Shown piece by piece: positions 35,611-48,301 of a DNA stretch of 48,301 nt. Below the pieces are notes generated by a model that worked only from the letters and a program-made list of their open reading frames with translations, ran no database searches and had not been told where the DNA came from. The stretch spans positions 1 to 48,301 of the forward strand of contig NW_024705397.1 in NCBI RefSeq assembly GCF_018977255.1. The letters run 5' to 3'. The first letter of the stretch is position 1; the number at the start of each line of letters is the position of its first letter. The position numbers and the translations under genes were made by a program. This DNA is from Callorhinchus milii (Eukaryota).

Positions 35611-36364
35611 CAGCCAATCGCACACAGAAGCATCCCACTAACAGTCATGGATTGAGTGACCAAATTGTTATTTTTTTCTTGAGGGATTATTATCAGGTGT
35701 GTGATGTAAGGAAACTTGCACAAGGTTTCGACCTGCTGGGAATCGAACCCAGGTCTGTGACTTGCAAGGTGAGTGCTCTAACCACTGAGTTACAACGGGA
35801 TCAATTAATAAATTAAGAAAATATTTCTGCTTATGGGGGGAAGTGTATAAGTAGTGAGATTGAATTGTGCAATTTCAGCTATAAAGAAAACTTATCTGTG
35901 TATTCCAAGGAAGGTTGTCTCCTCTTAACTCAAACTCACCTCTGTAATCAGCGCAGATCATAAATGTTAATATCGAACCCGATGCCTATTTTTGATGTAG
36001 TTTAATATTGTAGAGATGGTCTGTGAAATTCTTGATAGCTCATTGAAGATCAAATCTGTGAAAAGCACAAGCTACCTGGTGTCCATTTCATACATCATGT
36101 CCTAACCCTTACCCTTTCTAAAATCTGCTGCAGATTTGTTCGTGTATCTCTTTCCCACTATTTGGTGGTCTATGGTTTATACACCTAACAGAGTAACCGC
36201 TCCTTTCCTTCTCCTTAACTCTAACCAAATAGATTCTGCTTTTGGACTCTCTAGCACATTGTCCCTTTCCAGCACCGTAACCATGTCTTTAATCAATATT
36301 GCCACGAATCCCCTCCTTTTTCTCCTTCACTATCCCGCCTGAAAACACTGTAGCCGGAATATTC

Positions 36365-37070
36365 AGCTTCTATTCCTGCCCTCTCCCCAAAAGCCGCTGA
36401 CACCCTGGTCCGCGCCTTTGTCACCTCTCGGCTGGACTACTCCAACGCCCTCCTCGCCGGCCTCCTCTCCACTGCCATCCATAAAATCCAGGTCATCCAC
36501 AGCTCTGCCGCCCGCATTCTCACCCGCACCAAACCCCTCTCCCCGATCCCCCCAGTCCTGGCAACACTGCACTGACTGCCTCTCCCAGAGAGGATCCACT
36601 TCAAGATCCTCACCCTTGTATTCAAGTCCCTGCACTCCTCTGCCCCCCCCGACCTCTCTGACCTTCTCTCTCCTCAAAACAGTACCTGTTGCCTTCGTTC
36701 CTCCGGGTCTGGTCTCCTCCTCGTCCCCCGAGTCCTCCGCTCCACACTCGGTGGTGGTGCCTTCAGCCACTGCGCCCCGAGGCTCTGGAACTCCCTTCCT
36801 CACTCCCTTCATCTCCCCCCTCCCTTCCCATTTTCAGGTCTCTGACCGCGCCTTTGGTCACCTTCCCCCACCTCCCCCTGGCTCCTCCCCCTCCCCTGGC
36901 TCCTCCCCCTCCCCTGGCTCCTCCCCTCCCCAGCTCCTCCCCCTCCCCTGCCTCCTCCCCCTCCCCGGCTCCTCCCCCTCCCCCTGACTCGGTCCCGGGA
37001 TCCGTTACTGTGAAGCTCTGAGACGCCATCCGGCGTGGAGGGCACTCTATAAATCCAAGTTGTTGTTGTT
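36365..37070 (+). mobile_element. L2 3' part (different subfamily) with an 18-bp C-rich repeat
   Basis: tttgtcacctctcggctggactactccaac (FVTSRLDYSN) and a (TTG)n tail. Confidence 0.85.
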
Positions 37071-37438
37071 TGAGCCAAGTCTCTGTTAATGCCACTACAT
37101 TATAACCCCATGTGGCAACTTACGCCTGCAGCTCACCAATCTTGTCTGTCACACTCCATGTATTTAAGCACATGCACTCCAAGAGCACTTGATAAAGTTC
37201 CACATAAGAGACTTGTAAGCAAAATAGAAGCCCACAGTATTAAAAGGCCAATTGCAGCACAGATACAGAACCGGCTGGGAAACAGAAAGCACAGAGTGGT
37301 GGTGAACAGTTGTTTTTCTGACTGGAGGGAAGTGTGCAGTGTCCCCCCAGGGATCGGTGTTGAGACCACTGCTCTTTTTGATCTGTGCAAATAACAATAA
37401 TAATCCATGCATTTGATATCACGCCTTTCACATCTTCT

Positions 37439-38043
37439 AGATTCATAGATTCATAGAATGTTACGGCACCAAGGAGGTCATTCGGCCTATCGAGTCTGTG
37501 CGGCTCTTTGACAGAGAGTCACCCCAATCACCAGCTTTCTCCCCATAACCCCACAAACCCGTCTTCCCCCGATACCTGTCCAGTTCTCTCTTAAAAGCTG
37601 TTATCGAATCGGACTTCACTGCCCTTTCGGGCGGATCATTCCAAATCCCAACAACTCACATTTCTTCTAACCTCCCCTCTGCTTCTTTTGGTAGATATCT
37701 TCAGACTGTGACCGCGGGTCACAGACACACCTACCAGTGGAAACAGCTTCTCCCTATCTCGCCTGTCGAAACCTTTCATGATCTTGAAGACCTCTATCAG
37801 GTCCCCACGTAACCTTCTCTGCTCTAATGGGAAAAGTCCTAACTTCTCCAGTCTGTCCTCATAGCTAAGGTTCCCCATTCCTGGTATCATTCTCGTGAAT
37901 CTCCTTTGCACCCTTTCCAGTGCCTTAATGTCCTTCCTGAGGTAAGGTGCCCAGAACTGGACGCAGTACTCCAGCTGAGGCCTAACCAGTGTTTTGTACA
38001 GATTAACCATAACCCCTACTCTTATACTCTGTGCCCCTACTAA
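37439..38043 (-). mobile_element. CR1 3' end, young copy
   Basis: [41 protein letters not shown]. Confidence 0.93.
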
Positions 38044-38071
38044 TAAGTAGATGACTCAAAGCCCTTCACAG

Positions 38072-38385
38072 AATAATAATAATAATCCTTGCATTTGATA
38101 TAGCGCTTTTCACATTGGGAGGACATCCCAAAGCGCTTCACAGAACATACTGTAAAGTGAATTGACGGTATATTTGTTGGTGAAATGTGGCAGCCAATTG
38201 TGCACAGCAGTGTCCCACAAACAGTCATGGATTGAAGTGACCAATTTATTTATTTATTTTTCTTGAGGGATTTTTGTTAGGCATGTGGAGTAAGGAAACT
38301 TGCCCAAGGTTTCGGCCTGCCGGGAATAGAACCCAGGTCTCTCGCTTGCGAGGCGAGCCTCTAACCACTGAGATACAGGACTCCT
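38072..38385 (-). mobile_element. tRNA-headed SINE
   Basis: Head and tail motifs. Confidence 0.86.
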
Positions 38386-39620
38386 ATAACCTGGGCTTGG
38401 GTATAGGGAGTACAATTTCCAAGTTTGCAGATGATACTAAGCTGGGGAAAGTAGTAACCAGTGAGGAGGATAGTAACAGACTGCAAGAGATCATAGACAG
38501 ACTGGTAACACGGGCAGACACGGGGCAGATGGAGTTTAATGTGGAGAAATGTGAAGTGATGCATTTTTGGAGGAAGAATGAGGAGAGGCCATATACGCTG
38601 ATGGTACAATCTTAAAGGGGGTGAAGGGACAGAGAGACCTGGGGGTCATACAAGGAAATCTTTGAAGGTGGCCGGACAGGTGATAAAGCTGTTAAAAAAA
38701 CCATATGGGATACTAAGCTTTATAAACAGGGGCATAGAATACAAACATCAGGAAGTTATGATGAACCTTTTTAAAACACTGGTCAGGCCTCAGCGAGAGA
38801 CTGTGTTCAATTCCGGGAACCACACTTTAGGAAGGATGTCAAGGCATTGGAGGGGGTGCGAAGGAGATTCACCAGGCTGGTACCAGGAATGAGGGACTTC
38901 AGTTATCAGGAGCGGCTACAACAACAACAAAATTACATTTTTAGAGCACCTTTCACGTCGGGAGGATGTCCCAAAGCGCTGAACAGTCAGGTGTCAGGGC
39001 CTGAGCATGTGGTGGTGTTGGGGTGAGGGAAGGCAGAGAGGTGGGAGGTAGACCAAAGGCATGGTCGAAGAGACCGGCCTTGAAGGAGGCAAGGGAGGAA
39101 CGAGGCAAAGTGACCTTGGGATGGAGTTCCAGAGTGTGGGGGCAGAGAGGCTGAAAACCCGGCCACCGATGGTAGGGCGGTTCGGGCGGGAGACACGCCT
39201 AGAGAGGCTAGGATTATTCTCCTTGGAGCAGAGTAGGTTAAGAGGAGACTTAATAGAAGTTTTCAAAATTATGAGGGGATTCAATAGAGTGAACAACGAG
39301 AAACTATTTCCACTGGCGGATGGGTCGGTAATCCGAGGACACCAATTTAAAATAGTTGTTAAAAACAGAGGAGAGGTGAAGGGAAATTTTTTTTACACAG
39401 CAAATTGTTGGGATCTGGAATCCATTCCCTGAAAGGCTGGTAGAAGCCAATTCGGTAACAACTTTTAAGAGAGAAGTAAATAATTATTTGGAGAGGACAA
39501 GTTGCAGGGCAATAGGGAGAGTGCGGGTGACTGGGATTGATTTGGATAGCTCTTTTCATAGACCTCAGCACAGACCTGATGGGCCAAATGGCCTCCTTCT
39601 GGGCTTTATAATTCTATGAC
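38386..39620 (+). mobile_element. CR1 3' part interrupted by a minus-strand L2 tail (38917-39195)
   Basis: STISKFADDTKLG and [25 protein letters not shown]. Confidence 0.9.
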
Positions 39621-39768
39621 CAAGTTATTCTGCTCTGCATTTCTCCCCCGTCTAATCCATCCTTTCACTGGACACCTCCTTATTGCATTGCTATTTGTCT
39701 TTCCCAGTCCTCTATGTAACTTGTTTCTCCTCTCTGATGCTATATCCTGATTTCCTTCCCCCTTGAAA

Positions 39769-40660
39769 TTAGTTTAAACCCTTACCCACAGCACTAGGGA
39801 TGACACTGGTCCCACCCCGTTCAGGTGTAACCCATCCACCTGGTACAAGTCTCACCTGCCCCAGAACTGACCCCAATGTTCCAAGAATCTGCACCATTTC
39901 TCCAGCCATGCATTCATGTGTTTGATCTGTTGTTTTGATACTCACTTGCACGAGGCACTGGGAGCAATCCAAGGTTCACCACCTTTGAGATCCTCGTCTT
40001 TAGCTTTTTCCCTAGCTTCTGACACTCTCCCTGTGGGATCTCAGCCCTTTTTTCCCTACATCATGGATCCCAACATGGACCACGACTTCTGAATGTTCCC
40101 CTTCCCCCTGTAGAATGTTTTGTACCCGTTCTGTGATATCTCTAACCCTGACACCAGGGAGGCAACATACCATGTGAGAATCACATCTTTGGTTGCAGAA
40201 ATGTCTGTCTACTCCCTTCACTGTTGTGTCCCCGATGACAATTGCATTGACACTCTTTTCTGGGTCCCCCTTTGCATCCATTTGCTTTTGACTCCTCTCC
40301 CCAGAGGTGTCATCACCCTGACCGGTATTCAGTACAGAAAAGCAGTTTGTGAGTGCCACACTCAGGGTGTTCCTACACTGCCCGTCCCCTCTTCCTACCA
40401 TGTGGGTGGTCACCCACTCACTCTCCTTCTAAACCCTTTGTGGCTGTGGGGTGACGACATCCAGAAAAGTTTGATCCATGAACTCTTCAGCCTCTCGTAT
40501 GCTCTGCAGTGACTTCAGCCTCGAGCTCAGAAACCCTGAGCTCCAGCTCAAGTAACTGGTGGCATTTCCAACACACATTTGTCCAGGGCACACAAAGCCT
40601 CCTGGAGTTCCCACATGCCACACATTGTGCATGAAACCAGCCTCAGCTGCCCTGCCATAT
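39769..40660 (-). mobile_element. CR1 ORF1 remnant (Cys-rich N-terminus plus SGNH esterase-like domain)
   Basis: VIGDTTVKGVDRHFC...MVCCLPGVRVRDITERV..ILQGEGE..EVVVHVG.HD, a DGLHLN-like end, and CxxC near 40615-40630. Confidence 0.85.
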
Positions 40661-40904
40661 TCCCAGATAACCTGTGAAAGTCCAGAGACTGTGAATTGGT
40701 CAATAATGTTAGAGATCAGAGAGCTTTCTCCACAGCACACAGTGTGTGCACAGAACAACATATACACAATGTAATTGAACTGATTCAATTACACACTCAG
40801 CCATACAGCCCCAAAACTAGCACCCCCAGTGTCACATCTATATTAATCACTCATTTCAGTGGCTCTCAAAGTCTTGCCTTACCCTCCTTTCTAGAGAGAT
40901 GGGC

Positions 40905-41150
40905 TCAGTAAAGTTTACTGTCGATAATTAAACTGATCTTGGAGCTGGAATACACATTTCGGAAAAAATCCAGGATTCTGGTTTCCAGTTTCATCATGAA
41001 GGCCTCATGAGACTGTAGGTCGAAAGTCTTGCAAAAGTCGATGATGGCACCATAGATGGGTTTCCACTCAGCCTTACAACAATCCTCGATCTCATACAGA
41101 GCCACAACCTGTCACACACATTCCTCACGAGAATGGAATTTGCAACCACT
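40905..41150 (-). mobile_element. Ancient non-LTR RT fragment, RTE-like
   Basis: LYEIEDCCKAEWKPIYGAIIDFCKTFD..SHEAFMMKL fits the P.Y.AFIDF.KAFD.V.H..L..KL RT motif; unlike the local CR1 and L2 copies. Confidence 0.65.
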
Positions 41151-41249
41151 GAAATCAGTGATTAATATAGATGTGACACTGGGATGTTACTTTGGGACTG
41201 TATGGCTGTGTTTGTAATTGAATCAATTACAGTGTGTAAATATTCTTCA

Positions 41250-42325
41250 CAGAATCATAGAATCATACAGCACAGAAAGAAGCCATTCGGCCCATTCTGT
41301 CTGCGTCGGCTCCTAAAAAAGCTTCCAACTCAATCCCACTGGCCGCTTTCTCCCCATAGCCCTGCAATCCTGTCCTCCCCAAATACCATCTACTTCTCTC
41401 TTAAACGTTGTTATTGAATCGGCTTCCAATACCCTTTCAGGGAATGCATTCCAGATCCCAACACCTCGCTGGTGAAAACTTTTTTTCTAACCTCCCGCGG
41501 TTTCTTTTCACAACTACTTGAATCTGTGTCCTCGGGTTACTGACAGTGCCAGTGGGAACATTTTTCCTGGTTCAACCTATCAAATCCTCTCATGATCTTG
41601 AAAACCTCTATTAAATCCCCTCTTAATCTTCTCTGCTCTGGAAGAATAATCCTAGTTTTGCTAACCTCTCCTCATAACGAAGGTCCTTCATTCCTTTACA
41701 TCCTCTCCAATACCCAAACATCTTTCCTAAAGTGCAGTGCCCAGAACTGAACGCAGTCTCCAACTGAGGCCTAACCAGTATTTTATAAATACTCAACACA
41801 ACCTCCTAACTTGTATATTCTATGCCCCCATTTATAAAGCCTAGTGTCCTTCATTCTTTTTTAACAGCTTTATCTACCTGTCCGGCCACCTTCAGAGATT
41901 TGCTTATGTGGACCCCCTTCACTCCCTATAAGATTGTACCATCAGCTTACATTGTCTCTCCTCATTCTTCCTACCAAAATGCAATACTTTGCATTTCTCC
42001 ACATTAAACCTCATCTGCCACCTTTCTGCCCATTTTACCAATCTGTCCAAGTCCTCTTGGAATCTGGTGCTATCCTCCTCACCATTAGTTACTTTTCTTA
42101 GCTTAGTATCGTCTGGAAATTTGAAAATTGTGCTCCATATATCCAGATCCAGATCATTAATGTAGATCAGAAAGAGCGGAGGGAAGGGAGGGAGTGAGGA
42201 GGGGGTAGAGAGTCGAGAGGGGAGCTGAAGACACAGTTTGTCAGACACGATCTGCCTTTAACAAATCCATCTTGACTGTCCTTTATTAAACCATATTTTT
42301 CTAAGTGAGAATTTATACTGTCCCA
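41250..42325 (-). mobile_element. CR1 3' part with a short L2 piece inside
   Basis: Inverted close homologue of 32238-33325. Confidence 0.88.
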
Positions 42326-42459
42326 GATTGTTGTTGTTGTTGTTGTGTGCACCACACTGTGGAGAAAGCTCTCTGATCAATAATATTATTGACAGTCAGT
42401 CTCTCTCTGACCTTTATGACTTATCCTACATCCTCCTACACTCTGCTTTAATGTCACCT

Positions 42460-42840
42460 GTTCTCTCTCCCCCTCTCTCTGTGTCTCTCCCTGCTCTCCG
42501 ACTCTCCACAATTCTTGATTCCCCCCTTGCCCCCAACCCTCTCTCTCCCTCTCTCTGTCGCCCGACACTCTCTCTCTCCCTCCTTCTCTTCTTCTCCACT
42601 TTTCTCTCTCCCCCTCTCTCTCTGTCTCTCCCTCTCTCAATCTCTCTCTCTCTGTATGTCTATCTCGCAGTATCTCAGTCTCTCCGTGCGTCTCTCTGTT
42701 TCTCTCCCTCTCAGACTCCCTTTCTCTATCTGTCTGTCTCAGTCTCTCACGATGTGACTGAGTGTGAGTCTGTCTGTTGATGTGTCTGTGTGTGAGTATG
42801 TGTGCGAGTGTGTTTGTAAGTGTGTGTAAGTGTGAGGCTG
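42460..42840. repeat. CT-rich then TG-rich low-complexity tract
   Basis: Directly visible. Confidence 0.88.
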
Positions 42841-42854
42841 ATTGTGAGTTGATT

Positions 42855-43415
42855 TTGTCCAGGCTCAACTGTGCAGACGCCCTTTGTCGGCCTTCCCAAC
42901 TCCTCCCTCCACAACTGCAGATAATCCAGAACTCTGGATCCGTGTCCTCTCCCGCACCAAACTCCGTGACCCCATCTCCCCCACTCTCGCCCGACTCCAT
43001 TGGCTCCCTATCCTTCAGAGGATCCAGTTCAAGATCCTGGTCCTCACCTTCAAAGCCCTCCACGGTCTCCCCCCACCCTACCTCTGTGACCTCCTAACCC
43101 CCTACCAACCCGCCCGCTCCCTCCGCTCAGCCGACTCTGTCTGCTCCACACCCCCCGACCCACCCGCCCCACCATTGGCGGGAGAGCCTTCAGCCACTCT
43201 GCCCCCAACCTCTCCGCCTCACCCTTTCCTCAGCCTCCTTCAAGTCCCGCCTCATAGACCATCCTCTTCGACCATGCCATCGGCCACCCCCCTTCCCCTC
43301 CCCTCCCCTCTCCCCCCTGACCCCAGCTCGGGTCTGAAATGCTGCACTCTGTCCAGCGCCTTGGGACGTCCTCCCGAAGTGAAAGGCGCTATACACATGT
43401 AATCTTCTTGTTGTT
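42855..43415 (+). mobile_element. L2 3' part
   Basis: RDPISPTLARLHWLPILQRIQFKILVLTFKALHG. Confidence 0.9.
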
Positions 43416-43454
43416 ATCTGAGATCAGAAATGTTTGATCCCAGAGGCCAGGTCA

Positions 43455-45570
43455 ACCCTAACTCCCAACCCCAAGCCCCCAGCTCCAACCACCAACCCCC
43501 AGCCCAAACCCCAGCCCCAAACCCAGACCCAATTACTAATCCCAACGACCAAACCCAACCCCCAGCCACAAACCCCAGCCCCCAGCACCAACCACCAGCC
43601 CCAATCACCAGTCCTAACTGCCAGCCCCAGACCCAACCCCCAGCCCCAATCCCAACCCCCAGCCCTAACCCCAAACCCCAGACCCAACCACTAGCTCCAA
43701 CCCCAAGCCCCAGCCCCAACCCCAAGCCCCCAGCTCCGACCCCAAGCCCCCAGCTCCAACCCTAAGCCCCCAGCTCCAACCACCAATCCCCAGCCCAAAC
43801 CCCAGCCCCAAGCTCCAACCACCAACCCCCAGCCCAAACCCCAGCACCAACCACCAGCCCCAGTCCCAACACCCAGCCCCAAACCCCAGCCCCAACCCCC
43901 AGCCTCATCCTCAACTCCCATAGCAATCCCCAGCCGCAGACACAAACCCCAGCCCCAAACTCAAACTCCAGCCCTACCCCAAGCCCCAAACACCAGCACC
44001 AACCCCTAACCCTAACCCCAAACCCTTGCACCAAACCCCAGGCCCAGTCCCAATCACTGAATCCCATCACCAATCCCCAGCCTCAACCCTATAATAATAA
44101 TAATAATAATAATAATCCTTGCATTTGATATAGCGCTTTTCACGTCGGGAGGACGTCCCAAAGCGCTTCACAGAATATACTGTAAAGTGAATTGACTGTA
44201 TATTTGTGGGTGAACGCGGCAGCCAATTGCGCACAGCAATGTCCCACAAACAGTCATAGATTAAAAATGACCAATTTATTATTGTTTTTGTTTTTTGGAG
44301 GGATTATTATTAGGCTCTGTGTGGAGTAAGGAAACTTGCCCAAGGTTTCGCCCTCTGCCTGGAATTGAACTCAGGTCTCTCACTTGCAAAGCGAGTGCTC
44401 TAACCACTGAGCTACAGGACTCCACCAATCACCAATCCCAACCCCAACCACCAGCCCCAAACCCCATCACCAACCCCCTGCCCCAAACCCCATCACCAAC
44501 CCCCAGCCCCAAACTCCACCACCAACCCACAGCCCCAACCCCCATAAACCCCCAGCCCCAAATCCCATCACCAACCCCCATCACCAACCCCAAGCCCCCA
44601 CCCCCATCACCAACCTCCAGTCCCAACCATCATCAGCAATACCCAGAACCAACCCACAGCCCAAACTCCTCCATTCCCACCCCCAAATCTTAGCCCTCAG
44701 CCCCACCCCAGCCTCCACCCCAGCCCCAACTCCAGCCCCCAAACCTCAGCCCCAGCCCACAGCCCAGCCCCCAAACCCCTGCACCAACACACAGGCCCAG
44801 TCCCCTCCCCAGTCCCAACCCACAGCCCCAACCTGCAGCCTCAACCTATAGCCCCAATCTACAACCCCAAACTCCATCCCCAAACACCAGCCCCAGCTCC
44901 CAACCTCCAGCCGAAAACCCCAGTCCCAGCCCACAAACCTCAACCCCAAACCCTAACCCCCAACCTCCAGCCCCCAGTCCCAACCCCCAGCCCCAACCCC
45001 CAGCCCCCAAACCCAGCCCAAACCTGCATCACCAACCCCTACACAATATCCAACACCCTGCCCCAGCACCCAGCAACAAGTTCCAGCCCCACCGCTCAGA
45101 ACCAGCTACCACCCACAGCCCCAGCGACGGCCCCAATCCCCAGCACTAACCCCCAGCCCCCAGACCCAACCGCAACTCCAGGCACCAGTCGCACCCACAG
45201 CCCCCAAGCCCCAGCTCCAGCCCCCAATCCTCACCTCCAGTCCCCAAACCCCAGTCCTAATCTCCAGCCCCAACCACCAGCTCCAATCCTCAGACACAAA
45301 CCACAACCCTAAACACCCAACCCCCAGCCACAACACCCAAACCCCAACCCCCAGCACCAACCCCAGCCCAAACACCCAAACCCCAACCCCCAGCACCAAC
45401 CCCCAGCCCAAACCCCAACCCCCAGCAACAACCCCCAGCCCAAACACCCAAACCCAAATACCCAAACCCCAGCCCCAAACCCCAGCACCAACCCCCAGCC
45501 CTCATCACCAACCCACATCCCTCAGCCCCCATTTCCCCCAGCCTCCATTCCACCAGCCCCCATTCCACCA
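43455..45570. repeat. Degenerate CCCCAR hexamer satellite (~2.1 kb), split by a SINE
   Basis: CCCCAG/CCCCAA units, occasional CCCTAA. Confidence 0.92.
44091..44425 (-). mobile_element. tRNA-headed SINE (short subfamily), young, full length
   Basis: Near-identical to 1437-1739. Confidence 0.92.
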
Positions 45571-45616
45571 GCCTTTGACTGGAAATGAGTTAGTGTTAAA
45601 CACTGTTTAACTGTTG

Positions 45617-46255
45617 TGTCCTGTAGCTGAGTGCTTAGAGCCTTGCAAGTGAGAGGACCTGGGTCCGATTCTCCCAGGCAGAGCGAAACCTTTGGCAAGT
45701 TCCTTACTCTAACCTGGTTAAAGGTGGGAGACTGCTGTGCGCAATTGGCTACCATTTTTCTTCCACAAGATATGCAGTCACTATATTCTGCCAAGCTCTT
45801 TGAGACATCTCAAAGACAACAATAACAACTTGCATTTATATAGCGCCCTTCACATGTGGTAGCATCCCAGAGCACTTGACAGTGGCGGAGTCTGAACCCG
45901 AGCCGGGGAAGAGGGAGGGGGAGGTGACCATAAGCATGATCAGAAAGGAAGGTCTTTAGTTGGGATTCAAAAATGGGGAGGGAGGGGGCAAGGCAGAGGG
46001 ATTAAGGGAAAGATTTCCAGAGTTTCGGGGTGTAGTGGCTGAAGGTACAGCCACTGATGGTGGAGTGGAGGAGATGGGACAAACAGGAGGCCAGAGCCAG
46101 CCAAGTGGAGGCAGCAGGTGGGGCATGGGGGGTAAGCAAATAAGATAGGTAGGGAGATACCAGGGCATGAAGTGATTTGAAAACGAGTGAGAGGATCTTG
46201 AAATTAATCCATTCAGTAATTGGGAGCCAGTGGAGCCTGGCAATGATTGGGGTAA
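45617..46255. mobile_element. Deleted SINE (+) followed by an L2 3' part (-, 45817-46255)
   Basis: TPIIARLHWLPI...FKILSLVFKSLH. Confidence 0.8.
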
Positions 46256-48095
46256 GAGAAATTAAAACCAATAGTAAAATCTTTTATAAATATATTAAAA
46301 GAAAGAGAATGGTCAAGGGAAATTGAAGACAGATATAGGTGAGACTATAACGGAAAATAATAAAATGTCGGGTTTGTTAAATAAATACTTCACTACCGTT
46401 TTTATAGTAAAGATGAGGACAAAATACTAGCCATACAGAACCTAAAAATAAGTCAAAGAGAAATGCTTAATAAAATTAATATAAATAAAAAAACGATAAT
46501 GGAGAAAATAATGAGACTCAAGGTAGACAAATCTCCAGGACCTGATAGTTTCCACCCCAGGGTGTTAAAGGAAATAGGAGAGGAAGTTGTAGGTGCATTT
46601 GTCATAATTTTCTAAAGCTCACTAGATTCGGGAATTGTGCCCTTAGATTGGAAAATTGCAAATATCACCCCTTTATTTTAAGAAGGGAGGGAGGGAGAAA
46701 CCAGGGAACTACAGACCTGTCAGCTTAACATCAGTTGTAAGGAAAATACTATAATCCATCATCAGGGACAGAGTGACTGAACACTTGGAAAGGTATGAGG
46801 TATGAGAGTCAAATGTGGGTTTGTGAAGCGTGGGTCATGTCTGACTAATCTGGTTGAGGAGGTCACTAAAATGGTTGATAAGAGAATGTCTGGATATTGT
46901 TTATATCCAGACATGCTATCCTCCCGACGTGAAAGGTGCTATACAAGTGTAATCTTGTTGTTGTTGTATATGGACTTTCAGAAGGCATTTGATAAGGTTC
47001 CACACAAAAGATTATTAGTGAAAATGGAAGCCATGGAGTCAGGGCTAACCTTATGATGTGGCTTGGTAATTGGCTGTGAGGCAGGAAACAGAGAGTAGGG
47101 ATAATGGGAACATGTCCCCCCAGGTCTGTACTGGGACCTCAGCTATTCGCCATATATATAAATGATTTATATAGAATAGAAAGTTTCACAACCAAGTTTG
47201 CAGACGACATTAAGCTAGGAGGTCCAATAAGGTGTGGAGATGGAAGTAGGAAGTTTCAAAGGGATTTAGACAGATTAAGTGAGTGGGCAAACCTGTGGCA
47301 GATGGAGTTCAATGTAGGGAAGTGTAAAGTCATCCACTATAGACCGAAAAAAGATAAAGCAGAATATTTTCTTTATGGAGAGAGATTAGGAACTGTGGAG
47401 GTGCAAAGAGATTTGGGTGTCCATGTCCACAAATCACTAAAAACTAGTTCCTAGGTGCAAAAAGTTATCAAAAAGGCGAATGAAATGTTGGCCTTTATCT
47501 CAAGGTGCCTGGAATGCAAAGCGGAAGAAATGATGCTTCAGCTGTATAGAGCGTTAGTCAGACTGTGTTCAAGTTTTGGGCACCGCGTCTCAGGAAAGAT
47601 ATATTGGCTCTGGAGGGGGTGAAGCGGGTTCACTAGAATGTTACCAGGCCTCAAAGGTTAAGCTACGAGGAAATGCTGCATAAACTTAGATTGTATTCCC
47701 TTGAGTTTAAAAGGTTGAGGGGGGATTTGATTGAGGCATTTAAAATGATAAAGGGATTTGATTGGGTAGATACAGAGAAGCTATTTCCTCTGGTGGAAAA
47801 TCCAAAACAAGGGACATAGTCTTAAAATTAGAACCAGGCCATTTAAGAGTGAAATCAGGAAGCATTGTTTTCACTCAAAAGGTAGTAGAAATCTGTAATT
47901 CTCTCTGGATCTATCCACACCTTGAAGAGTGACATGGATAGATGTTTGGTAGGTCAGGGTATCAAGAGATATGGGGAGAAAGCGGGAAATTGGAATTGAA
48001 AGGATTAGTTCAAATATAGATCAGCCATGATCTAATTAAACGGCGGAATAGGCTCGAAGGGCAGAATGGCTTCCTCCTGTTTCTGTGTTCCTATA
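46256..48095 (+). mobile_element. CR1 ORF2 remnant (different subfamily)
   Basis: DKSPGPD.FHPRVLKE, YMDFQKAFDKVPH, KFADD.KLG and WQMEFNVGKCKV. Confidence 0.9.
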
Positions 48096-48301
48096 AGTAC
48101 AGAGTTTTTGTGCAGGTGGCGGATTTCCTAATTAGTTGTGTGTATGGTGGAGCTGGGGAGACCAGTGAGGAGGGCGTTGGAATTGTCCAGCCGGGTGACA
48201 AAGGCGTGGACGAGGGTTTCGGCTGCTTTTGTTGTGAGATGCAGATGGAGGCGGGCAATGTGATGGAGGGTGGGAAAAGGTGGTCCTGGTCAAGGAACGG
48301 A

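Noticed and set aside
43414..45568. Gly/Trp-rich and Pro/Gln-rich ORFs
   Set aside because: By-products of the hexamer satellite; the same applies to the ORFs over TG and GA tracts at 18.1-18.5, 31.5 and 42.4 kb.

Overview
Repeat-dense vertebrate genomic DNA. The mix of CR1 and L2 LINEs, Deu-domain SINEs and a very abundant tRNA-Ala-headed SINE points to a cartilaginous fish, probably a chimaera (inference). The only host gene I can recognise is a cholecystokinin/gastrin receptor of the CCK2R (cckbr) lineage on the + strand: coding exons 2-5 at 10126-10377, 11078-11339, 11724-11851 and 14305-14840, with exon 1 not found in the window. Most of the rest is nested, truncated CR1, L2 and SINE copies, plus three Helitron-type elements, an RTE-like RT fragment and several minisatellites. 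The most striking observation is that intron 2 of the receptor is almost entirely a 28-bp tandem array pairing an estrogen-response-element palindrome (4 perfect GGTCAgtgTGACC) with a CCAAT box (22 copies). Also notable: a CCK1R-like sulfate-binding ECL2 in a CCK2R-type receptor; a G-quadruplex minisatellite seen at 1, 6 and ~46 units arising from a CR1 3' end; a SINE subfamily whose tail matches the young L2; and a SINE abutting the last splice acceptor. Repeat boundaries were read by eye and are approximate.
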